Origin: Methylorubrum extorquens
GTDB taxonomy: Bacteria > Pseudomonadota > Alphaproteobacteria > Rhizobiales > Beijerinckiaceae
Direction: 5' to 3'
NCBI GenBank assembly: GCA_900234795.1
Contig: LT962688.1
Location: 3,090,001 to 3,122,000, forward strand
DNA: 32,000 nt
Shown here piece by piece: positions 1 to 7,454 of this stretch (the stretch's first letter is position 1; each line of letters opens with the position of its first letter). The translations under genes and the position numbers were made by a program. The notes beneath the pieces were generated by a model, which had not been told where the DNA came from, did not search any database, and was given only the letters and a program-made list of their open reading frames with translations.

Positions 1-549
1 ATTGAGATAGATCTCCATGGTCCGCCGCTTGCCCCAGACCGCATCGGCCATCACCGCGAGCGGGATTTCGAGCCCTTTGCGGATGTAGGAGCGGCCGGGC
101 CAGAGGAAGACGTTCTTCACCGCCTGCATGGTGATGGTCGAGGCACCCCGGCTCGGGCCCTCCTCGTCGTCCACCACGTCGCGCAGGGCGCCCCAATCGA
201 CGCCGTTATGCAGGCAGAAGCGCTGGTCCTCGGAGGCCATCACCGCCTGGACCAGGGCCGGGGCGATCGCTTCCAGCTTCACGCTGTCCCGCTGCGCGCC
301 CTGGAGCGTCAACCAACGGCCCAGCATCAGGGTTGAGGGCGGGGTCGCCACGCTATAGACGAGCGCGAGCGTGAGCGTGAAGGCAAGAATGGCAATGGGA
401 GCGAGCGTGATCAGGGTGGCGGCGCGCCGCAGCCCGGTTCGACGCCTCGGGGCGGGGTTCCGCGGCGCGGGGGTCCTCGCGAGGGGCTTCGGCGAAGGAA
501 TCCTCCGCAGGTCGCGCCCGTGCCGTTCGGCTTCACTCTCCTCCGGCAC
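1..549 (-). CDS. mtgA: Monofunctional biosynthetic peptidoglycan transglycosylase (GT51). The C-terminus lies outside the window.
   Basis: Hand translation of the minus strand in the frame ending at base 1 gives ...RRTGLRRAATLITLAPIAILAFTLTLALVYSVATPPSTLMLGRWLTLQGAQRDSVKLEAIAPALVQAVMASEDQRFCLHNGVDWGALRDVVDDEEGPSRGASTITMQAVKNVFLWPGRSYIRKGLEIPLAVMADAVWGKRRTMEIYLN. This is an N-terminal TM helix followed by GT51 motifs (EDQRF, GASTITMQ, RKxxE). It is missing from the ORF track because it runs off the window edge. The start is tentative: GTG at 549 or at 555. Confidence 0.85.
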   Translation of the reverse strand, partial: MPEESEAERHGRDLRRIPSPKPLARTPAPRNPAPRRRTGLRRAATLITLAPIAILAFTLTLALVYSVATPPSTLMLGRWLTLQGAQRDSVKLEAIAPALVQAVMASEDQRFCLHNGVDWGALRDVVDDEEGPSRGASTITMQAVKNVFLWPGRSYIRKGLEIPLAVMADAVWGKRRTMEIYLN

Positions 550-591
550 CGCCACGTCGCGTCCGCCCCTTCCCGATCCAGGCCCCTTCCG

Positions 592-1554
592 ATGACCTCA
601 ACGCAGGCTTCCCACCCCTCGGTCAAGGCGGACGCCTATACGGGTGACTTTACCCACAGGCTCGCTCAGGTCGCCGACACCGTCGAGACCTTCCTCGTCG
701 ATCTGCTCGGGCCGACGCTGCAGGCCGGCGAGATCGCCCGCCCGCCCCGGCTGATGGAAGCAATGCGCCACGCCGTGCTCGGCGGCGGCAAGCGGCTGCG
801 GCCCTTCCTCGCCATCGAGACCGCGCGGATGCTCGGCGGGGCCGAGGATGCGGCGCTCGCGGCGGGTGCCGGCGTCGAACTCGTCCACTGCTACAGCCTC
901 GTTCACGACGACCTGCCGGCCATGGACGACGACGACCTGCGCCGCGGCAAGCCCACCGTCCACAAGGCCTACGACGAGGCCACCGCGATCCTCGTCGGCG
1001 ACGCGCTCCAGACGCTGGCATTCGAGGCCACCGCCGATCCGCGCTGGCAGCCCGATCCGGCGATCCGGGCCGAACTGGTGCTCGGGCTCGCCCGCGCCTC
1101 CGGCCTCGGCGGCATGGTCGGCGGCCAGCTCCTCGACCTCTCGGCCGAGGGACGCTTCGGCCCGGCCACCATGGATATCGACGACACCCTGCGGATGCAG
1201 GCAATGAAGACCGGGGCGATCCTCGCCTTCTCCGTCGAAGCCGGCGCTCTCGTCGGCGGCGCGAACGCGGACGAGCGGGCGGCGCTGCTGCGCTACGGCA
1301 AGGCGCTCGGCCAAGCCTTCCAGGTCGCCGACGACATTCTGGACCGCGAGGCCTCGCCGGAAGCGATGGGCAAGGCCACCGGCAAGGACAAGGATGCCGG
1401 CAAGGCGACGCTGGTCGACCGCCTCGGCCTCGACGGCGCGCGGGCCGAGTGCGACCGGCTGGTGGCGTTGTGCGAGGAAGCCGTCGCCCCCTGGGGCGAC
1501 CGGGCGCAGGTGCTCAAGGACGCGGCCCGCTTCACCGTGGCCCGCAAGGCCTGA
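592..1554 (+). CDS. ispA: Farnesyl diphosphate synthase / polyprenyl synthetase
   Basis: ORF 520..1554. I prefer the ATG at 592 (MTSTQASHPSV...) because the longer version would overlap divergent mtgA. It has the first Asp-rich motif LVHDDLPAMDDDDLRRGKPT, the second Asp-rich motif FQVADDILD and GGGKRLRP. Tyr sits at position -5 from the first motif, as I recall for E. coli IspA. Confidence 0.9.
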   Translation: MTSTQASHPSVKADAYTGDFTHRLAQVADTVETFLVDLLGPTLQAGEIARPPRLMEAMRHAVLGGGKRLRPFLAIETARMLGGAEDAALAAGAGVELVHCYSLVHDDLPAMDDDDLRRGKPTVHKAYDEATAILVGDALQTLAFEATADPRWQPDPAIRAELVLGLARASGLGGMVGGQLLDLSAEGRFGPATMDIDDTLRMQAMKTGAILAFSVEAGALVGGANADERAALLRYGKALGQAFQVADDILDREASPEAMGKATGKDKDAGKATLVDRLGLDGARAECDRLVALCEEAVAPWGDRAQVLKDAARFTVARKA

Positions 1555-1569
1555 TCTCCCATCACCAGC

Positions 1570-1674
1570 CCTCATCTTGAGGTGGACGCGTCAGCGGCCC
1601 TCGAAGGATCCTCCAGATCCCGCGCGACCCCTGGACGATCCTTCGAGGCCGCTGCGCGGCACCTCAGGATGAGG
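1570..1674. repeat. Long imperfect palindrome (REP/RIME-like intergenic element) between convergent ispA and the DCC gene
   Basis: - Outer arms: 1570-1584 cctcatcttgaggtg pairs with 1660-1674 cacctcaggatgagg (15 bp, one T.G).
- Middle arms: 1599-1610 cctcgaaggatc pairs with 1637-1648 gatccttcgagg (12 bp).
- Further pairs: gcgg/ccgc and tccag/ctgga.
- Apical loop: about 1617-1630.
- It could act as a bidirectional transcript-end structure. Confidence 0.75.
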
Positions 1675-1725
1675 CGATTGGGTGGGATGACGCGCGGTGA
1701 CGCCGCCTATGGCCAAGCGGGTCAA

Positions 1726-2181
1726 TTAGTCCGAGCGAGTCGGCGCGTCGGGCGCCTTAACCCCGTGGAAGCGGTGCTGCTGGTCCGGCGGCACCCGGGC
1801 GCAATCTTCTCGACGGCCGAACACGCGGTAGCGAGTGCGCGCGACGAGGCTGTAGAGGCGGTCGCGCAGCGGCTTCGGAACGATTGCGAACACACCGCAC
1901 CACCGCCACGGCGCCCTGAGATGCCGCACCACGGCGAGCGCGGCATTCGAGCGCGTCAGCGCCCGCCCATCCTCGACCAGCAGGAAGGTGCCGTTGAGAT
2001 CCGCTTCGGTGAAGCCGTGGCGGGCGGCGAGGTCGAGCCCCTCGCGGGACCACGCGCCCATGAAGTGCAGGCTGTGGTCGCGCTCATGTGCCAGCACGAA
2101 GCGCAGCATCCCGGCGCAGAGCACGCAATCCGTGTCGAAGACGAGGGTCGGCGGCATCGGCCGGGGTGCTGAAGCCGTCAC
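1726..2181 (-). CDS. Thiol-disulfide oxidoreductase, DCC family (DUF393)
   Basis: The 151-aa ORF has the N-terminal motif LVFDTDCVLCAG (DxxCxxC) typical of DCC proteins. The GTG start at 2181 overlaps the upstream stop as GTGA. An ATG at 2157 is an alternative start. Confidence 0.75.
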   Translation of the reverse strand: MTASAPRPMPPTLVFDTDCVLCAGMLRFVLAHERDHSLHFMGAWSREGLDLAARHGFTEADLNGTFLLVEDGRALTRSNAALAVVRHLRAPWRWCGVFAIVPKPLRDRLYSLVARTRYRVFGRREDCARVPPDQQHRFHGVKAPDAPTRSD

Positions 2182-3866
2182 GCGGCGCTGACGACCACTT
2201 CGACGAGGTTCGGCGCGCCGGAACGAATAACCGCCTCGACCGCACCGGCGATGTCCGCCGCCCGCTCGACCCGCCGGGAGGGCACGCCCATCGAGGCGGC
2301 GAGCGCCAGGAAGTCGATGCGCGGCTCGGTGAGGTCCATGGCGATGAAGCGGTTCGCCCGCACCGAGGCGTAGTGCGTCTGCGATTTCATGAACTGCTTC
2401 AGGATGTTGTACTCGGCGTTGTTGATGACGACGAAGGTCACCGGCAGCCCCTCATGCGCGGCGGTCCAGAGCGCCTGAGGCGAGTACATCGCCGCCCCGT
2501 CGCCGACGATGCAGACCACCGGCGCCCGGTCGAGCCCGAGCGAGAAGCCGACCGAGGCCGGCATGCCCCAGCCGAGCACGCCGCCGCGGATCGACGAGTA
2601 TTGCCGCGTCCAGGTGCTGTGGAGGATCGTGCGCAGATGCCCGAGCGTTGCGGGCGCCTCGTCGATGATGGCGATGTCCGACCCCACGGCCCGGCCGATC
2701 TCGCGGGCGGCGACGAGGGGGTGGATCACCGGATCGGCGAAGGCGGCATCCGCCTTGGCCTCGAGCGCGGCCCGGCGCGCGTCGTAGGCCGCGACGGCTT
2801 CGCGCCTCAAGCGGGCATAGGTCTCGGCGTGCGGCGCGAGGCGCGCTTCCAAGAGCGGCAGCAGCACGTCGAGTGAGGCGCGCACGTTGCCCACCGTCGA
2901 GAGCTGCGTCGCGTAGGTGCGGCCGAGGTCGCGCGCATCCGCCGAGAGCTGGAACACCTGCGTGCCGGGGGGGACGGCCGAGCCCTCGGTGTAGAGCACG
3001 GTGATGAGCGACTTGCCGCCGAGCGCGAACACCGCGTCGTAGCGGCCGAGAATCTCGGCGATGCCGCTCGCCTTGGTCGGCAGGTTGCCCATCCAGAGCG
3101 GATGGGCGGTCGGAAACGGGATATGCGCCGGCCAGGACGAGCCGTAGACCGGCGCCGCCAGGAGGTCGGCGAGCCGCACCGCCTGGGTCGAGGCGTCGCT
3201 GGCATCGACCTCGTCGCCGGCGATCAGCGCGAGCCGCCCCGGCGCGATGCCGGCGAGATGGTCCGCGAGCCGGTCGAGGGAGCCGGCCACCGCGTGGTGG
3301 TCGATGGTCGAGATTTCGCCGAGCGGCGCGGCGGTCATCGCCTCCATCACGTCCATCGGCAGCGACAGGAAGACCGGCCCCGATGGCGCCGCCGCTGAAT
3401 CGTGGAAGGCACGGCGCAGCAGCACCGGAAGCTGGTCGGCATGGGTCACCTCGCGCGCCCACTTCACCGTGGGCGCCGCGATGGTGGTCAGGTCGCCGAA
3501 CAGCAGCGGGTCGGTGATGACGTGCCGCGAATCCTGCTGGCCGGCGGTGACGACGAGCGGCGTGCCCGAGATCTGGGCGTTGAGCAGGTTGCCCATGCCG
3601 TGGCCGAGGCCGCCGGCCGTGTGCAGGTTGAGGAAGCCCGGCCGGCGCGCACCCTGCGCGTAGCCGTCGGCCATGGCGACGGCGCTCGCCTCCTGAAGGG
3701 CGAGCACGTAGGCGATGTCGGGCGCGTCCGTCAGCGCATCGATCAGCGGCAGCTCGGTCGTGCCCGGATTGCCGAAGATGTAGCGGACGCCCTCCGAGCG
3801 CAGCACCTCCAGCAGAACGTCGGCGCCGCGCCGCTCGGACAGGGAGTCGAGTGTCGTGACCGTCAT
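2178..3866 (-). CDS. Thiamine-diphosphate-dependent enzyme, benzoylformate decarboxylase / acetolactate synthase-like
   Basis: ORF 2178..3989. I prefer the ATG at 3866 (MTVTTLDSLSERRGADVLLEVLRSEGVRYIFGNPGTTELP), which is preceded by GGAAGGAG (complement of 3871-3880). The ThDP motif is GDGAAMYSPQALWTAAHEGLPVTFVVINNAEY. The N-terminal region resembles benzoylformate decarboxylase as I remember it. Confidence 0.85.
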   Translation of the reverse strand: MTVTTLDSLSERRGADVLLEVLRSEGVRYIFGNPGTTELPLIDALTDAPDIAYVLALQEASAVAMADGYAQGARRPGFLNLHTAGGLGHGMGNLLNAQISGTPLVVTAGQQDSRHVITDPLLFGDLTTIAAPTVKWAREVTHADQLPVLLRRAFHDSAAAPSGPVFLSLPMDVMEAMTAAPLGEISTIDHHAVAGSLDRLADHLAGIAPGRLALIAGDEVDASDASTQAVRLADLLAAPVYGSSWPAHIPFPTAHPLWMGNLPTKASGIAEILGRYDAVFALGGKSLITVLYTEGSAVPPGTQVFQLSADARDLGRTYATQLSTVGNVRASLDVLLPLLEARLAPHAETYARLRREAVAAYDARRAALEAKADAAFADPVIHPLVAAREIGRAVGSDIAIIDEAPATLGHLRTILHSTWTRQYSSIRGGVLGWGMPASVGFSLGLDRAPVVCIVGDGAAMYSPQALWTAAHEGLPVTFVVINNAEYNILKQFMKSQTHYASVRANRFIAMDLTEPRIDFLALAASMGVPSRRVERAADIAGAVEAVIRSGAPNLVEVVVSAA

Positions 3867-4025
3867 GGCCTGCTCCTTCCGCACCTTCGAGCGCCGATCG
3901 CACCGCGCACCCGTGCCGGAACGATGTCCCGCCCGGCGAAGGGCGTTCAAGGTCTCTCGAACATCGACGGCGTCGCGGGCGACATCCACCCCTCTGTCGA
4001 ACGTCGGGCCGGAATCGTCACGCGA

Positions 4026-5642
4026 TCACGGTGCGGCGGCGCGCGGGCGAACCGTCCAGGTCGCCCAATAGACCGGCCGCCCGTAGAGCGAGGAAGCGTC
4101 GCTGCCGTCGATCCGCGGGGCCCGGCGGTCGAGCCAGGTCAGGAAGCCGCCCTTGTCGGGGTAGATCGTCGGCGCATCGAGGTTGCCGTAGCGGTCGGTC
4201 ATCCAGCCGAAGCCGTCGCGGGTGAACCGCCCCAGCGCGTCACCGCCGGAGCGCAGGCCGAGATAGGCGGTGGAGTGGCCGGCCGCGACGGGCTCGGCAA
4301 AGAGCGTCAGGGCGGTGAGGCTGCCGGGCGAAAGGTCGGCGGTGTAGTGCAGGCAGATATCGGCAACGGGTCCACCCGAGACGGTGACCGGTCGCGAGCA
4401 GGAATAGGCCACGGCCCAACGGTCCATGCCCCGCGCCTTGGCGACACGCATTTCGGTCTCAGCCGGCAGGTTCTCGATCAGCGTGACGGGCGCCGACCAC
4501 GTGCGCTCCGCCAGCGGGTCGCGGCTCGTGCGCAGGTAGAGCGCCATGCGCCGCCGGTTCCGCGGCGCATCGCAGTCGGCGGGCAGCACGTCGGTGTAGA
4601 AGTAATGGTAGACGCGATCGACCACGCTGATCGACCCGGTCAGGCCGCGCGCTTCGAAATCCGGCGCGGCGCAGTTGCCGACGATCGGCTTTCCCGTGTC
4701 GTCGAGCACCGGGGCGGGCTTCATCGCCGCCGGCCGTGCGCGCCCGCGCCGACGCCCCTGCCCCTGACCCTCGGCGGCGGGCGCTCCGAACGGCCGCCAC
4801 TCGGTGCCGGGATCGGCCTCGACGCGCAGATCGAGGCTCTGGAAGTCGTAGGTGCGCGCCTGGACCAGCACCCGGCGACGCCCCTCGCCGGAGGGCTCCG
4901 TCGCGGTGGCGAGGATGGCGTAATACGGGTCGCCCGCCCAATCGCGCCCCGCGACCATCATCGCGTTGCCGGACGGATCGTCTTCCGGCGCGGAGGCCTG
5001 GGCGCGGAAGGTCATCCTGTCCGTCTGCTTGTCCCCCTGCCTCGCCTCGCGCGCCGCCCGGCGGGCCTCCCGCCGCGCCTGACGGGTCGCCCGGCTGCGG
5101 CGGCGCGGCTGTTCGGCCCGCGCCGCACCGTCGCCCTTGAGGCCTTCGCTCCAGAAGCGCGGATCGGTCGGCGGCAGCATCGTCGCCAGCGTCTCGATCT
5201 GCCGACCGATGCGCACGGCGCCACCCGCCGCGGGATCGGTGGCCCGCAGGTCGGTCCGGCAGGCCTCCTCGCCGCGGCCACCGCTCGGCCGGCTCCCTTG
5301 GCGCGGCGGCTCGGCCCGGTAGATCACCTGAAGCGGGCCCGGCGGCCCGGTATCCTTGAGCCGCAGGATCTGCACGTCGTGGACGAAATGGCAGGGCGGC
5401 GGGACGGCGTAGACGCCCTCGGCCTCGTCGGCCGAACGGCAGATCTCCAGGGCGCCGCCCCCGGTGAGATAGCAGGCACTGGCGCCACCGCGCGGCGCGC
5501 CGGCCTCGGACGGCCCTGCCCACGCCGCGAGCACGACGAGCGGGACTGCGATGATCCCTATTCCGCGTCGAGCGGGCCCGGCCTCGGGCAAGAGGAAGCC
5601 GCGTCCGGCGGCGATGGGGTCGGGAAGGCTCAGATTGTGCAC
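4026..5642 (-). CDS. Hypothetical exported protein: signal peptide, several Cys and Arg-rich linkers. No family recognised.
   Basis: The 538-aa ORF has very high GC3 in this frame, checked by hand over the last 60 or so codons. The N-terminus ...RRGIGIIAVPLVVLAAWAGPSEA looks like a Sec signal. The start is uncertain: GTG at 5642 or TTG at 5591. The opposite-strand ORF 3402..5744 has an Arg/Gly-rich composition typical of a wrong frame. Confidence 0.6.
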   Translation of the reverse strand: MHNLSLPDPIAAGRGFLLPEAGPARRGIGIIAVPLVVLAAWAGPSEAGAPRGGASACYLTGGGALEICRSADEAEGVYAVPPPCHFVHDVQILRLKDTGPPGPLQVIYRAEPPRQGSRPSGGRGEEACRTDLRATDPAAGGAVRIGRQIETLATMLPPTDPRFWSEGLKGDGAARAEQPRRRSRATRQARREARRAAREARQGDKQTDRMTFRAQASAPEDDPSGNAMMVAGRDWAGDPYYAILATATEPSGEGRRRVLVQARTYDFQSLDLRVEADPGTEWRPFGAPAAEGQGQGRRRGRARPAAMKPAPVLDDTGKPIVGNCAAPDFEARGLTGSISVVDRVYHYFYTDVLPADCDAPRNRRRMALYLRTSRDPLAERTWSAPVTLIENLPAETEMRVAKARGMDRWAVAYSCSRPVTVSGGPVADICLHYTADLSPGSLTALTLFAEPVAAGHSTAYLGLRSGGDALGRFTRDGFGWMTDRYGNLDAPTIYPDKGGFLTWLDRRAPRIDGSDASSLYGRPVYWATWTVRPRAAAP

Positions 5643-5807
5643 GGCGAAACCTTAGCCCTTCCGGCCCCGGCTCGGAAAGCACTCCCGGCAAGCCTTCCCA
5701 TCACGATCAGGTCGTTTTCGGCACGCGAGAACCGAACATGGTGAAAGGATTGGCTCACCAAGACGGATTACCGTAGGCCTCCGTTCGATAATGAGGGTAT
5801 TCCATCG

Positions 5808-6125
5808 ATGAGCAGCGGTCTCTCGGCACCGGCCGGTCTGTCGGAGGTCTCCCGCCTCGCGACGTTGCTGGCCGATCAGGCGCTCGATGCGCAGATCATG
5901 AGCCGGCCCATTCCCGACGATCAGGTCCAGGCCCTGCTGGACGCCGCCGTGCTCCTCGACGAGTACGGCCAGGAAATCCCGCCCCTGCTCGAGCAAATCG
6001 TGCACGAGATTGGCTCCTCCGCGCCGGAGCGCGCCGTCCGCCCCGCCAAGCGCCCGGAGGAGGACGAGGTCGGGCGCATGGCCTGGATGCTGCGCCCGTT
6101 CCGCTCGGGCAAGCGCGCGGGTTAA
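5808..6125 (+). CDS. Hypothetical small protein (105 aa) with an acidic helical N-terminal part and a basic tail
   Basis: An ATG is preceded by GAGGG about 12 nt upstream. GC3 is high in this frame. The overlapping antisense ORF 5652..6005 puts its third codon positions on this frame's first positions, so it is disfavoured. I recognise no motif. Confidence 0.45.
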   Translation: MSSGLSAPAGLSEVSRLATLLADQALDAQIMSRPIPDDQVQALLDAAVLLDEYGQEIPPLLEQIVHEIGSSAPERAVRPAKRPEEDEVGRMAWMLRPFRSGKRAG

Positions 6126-6232
6126 GCCTCGGTTCGGTCGCCGACGGAGCGAGCGACGGACTTGCAGGGGCCGAGCCGCGCCGATAGAGCGCGGGCGACG
6201 TGGCGCGTGCCATCAGCCCGGATTTCAGCCCC

Positions 6233-7342
6233 ATGACCACCTACAAGCTTCTGCTCCTGCCTGGCGACGGCATCGGCCCCGAGGTGATGGCCGAGGTCGA
6301 GAAGGTGGTGGGCTGGCTCAAGCGCGCGGGCCTCGCCGATTTCGAGACCGAGCGCGACCTCGTCGGCGGCGCGGCCATCGACGTGCACGGCAAGCCGCTC
6401 GCCGACGAGACGCTCGCCCGCGCCGACGCGGCCGACGCGATCCTGCTCGGCGCGGTCGGCGGGCCGAAGTGGAACGGCGTGACCTACGACATCCGCCCCG
6501 AGGCGGGCCTGCTGCGCCTGCGCAAGGATCTCGGCCTGTTCGCCAACCTGCGCCCGGCGATCTGCTACCCGGCGCTCGCCGACGCCTCCGCCCTCAAGCG
6601 CGAGCTGGTCGAGGGCCTCGACATCATGATCGTGCGCGAGCTCACCGGCGGCGTCTATTTCGGCGAGCCGAAGGAGATCACCACGCTCGAGGACGGCTCG
6701 AAGCGGGCGGTCGATACGCAGGTCTACACCACCGCCGAGATCGAGCGGATCGCCCATGTGGCCTTCGACCTCGCGCGCAAGCGCTCCGGCCGGGTCGCTT
6801 CGGCCGAGAAGAACAACGTGATGAAGACCGGCGTCCTGTGGAAGGAGGTCGTCACGCGGGTTCATGCCGAGCATTACAGCGAGGTCGAGCTGGAGCACGT
6901 GCTCGCCGACAACTGCGCCATGCAGCTCGTGCGGCGCCCCAAGCAGTTCGACGTGCTGGTGACCGACAACCTGTTCGGCGACGTGCTCTCGGATGTCGCG
7001 GCGATGCTCACCGGCTCGCTCGGCATGCTGCCCTCCGCCTCGCTGGGCGCCACCGACGCGCGCGGCACCCGCAAGGCACTCTACGAGCCGGTCCACGGCT
7101 CGGCCCCCGATATTGCCGGCAAGGGTTTTGCGAACCCGATCGCGATGATCGGCTCGCTAGCGATGTGCCTGCGCTACTCCTTCGGCCTCGGCGAGGCCGC
7201 CGACCTCGTGGAGAGCGCGATCACCCGGGCGCTCGCCGCCGGCGCCCGCACCCGCGACATCGTCGGCGAGGGCCAGACCCCGATCAGCACCGGCGAGATG
7301 GGCGACGCGATCCTGCGCGAGTTGGAAATGCAGGCGGGCTGA
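6233..7342 (+). CDS. leuB: 3-isopropylmalate dehydrogenase
   Basis: ORF 6200..7342, with the ATG at 6233 giving [18 protein letters not shown]. It has the conserved NLFGDVLSD and [14 protein letters not shown] motifs. Confidence 0.95.
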   Translation: MTTYKLLLLPGDGIGPEVMAEVEKVVGWLKRAGLADFETERDLVGGAAIDVHGKPLADETLARADAADAILLGAVGGPKWNGVTYDIRPEAGLLRLRKDLGLFANLRPAICYPALADASALKRELVEGLDIMIVRELTGGVYFGEPKEITTLEDGSKRAVDTQVYTTAEIERIAHVAFDLARKRSGRVASAEKNNVMKTGVLWKEVVTRVHAEHYSEVELEHVLADNCAMQLVRRPKQFDVLVTDNLFGDVLSDVAAMLTGSLGMLPSASLGATDARGTRKALYEPVHGSAPDIAGKGFANPIAMIGSLAMCLRYSFGLGEAADLVESAITRALAAGARTRDIVGEGQTPISTGEMGDAILRELEMQAG

Positions 7343-7389
7343 AGGCTCCGAGTCCCGCCTCTCCTCTCCGATCGCTTAACGTCGTGTCC

Positions 7390-7417
7390 CCCCTCTCCCC
7401 GCAAGCGGGGCGAGGGG
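7390..7417. repeat. G/C-rich palindromic hairpin (CCCTCTCCCC...GGGG-GAGGG family) between convergent leuB and zwf. It may act as a transcript-end structure.
   Basis: In ccccctctccccgcaagcggggcgagggg, the inner stem 7397-7401 pairs with 7406-7410 around a CAAG loop. The outer stem 7390-7395 pairs with 7412-7417, with one T/C mismatch. The arm motif is the same as in the 10567-10696 cluster. Confidence 0.6.
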
Positions 7418-7454
7418 TTGCACTGCCGAGTGAGCGTTCATCCGGAAGCTGCGG

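Noticed and set aside
3402-5744. A 780-aa plus-strand ORF spanning the ThDP gene and the orphan secreted-protein gene
   Set aside because: It lies antisense to two ORFs with far better coding signatures. Its translation is dominated by Arg/Gly/Ala/Pro runs, it has no recognisable motif, and it crosses an intergenic region. This is the typical long shadow ORF of high-GC DNA.
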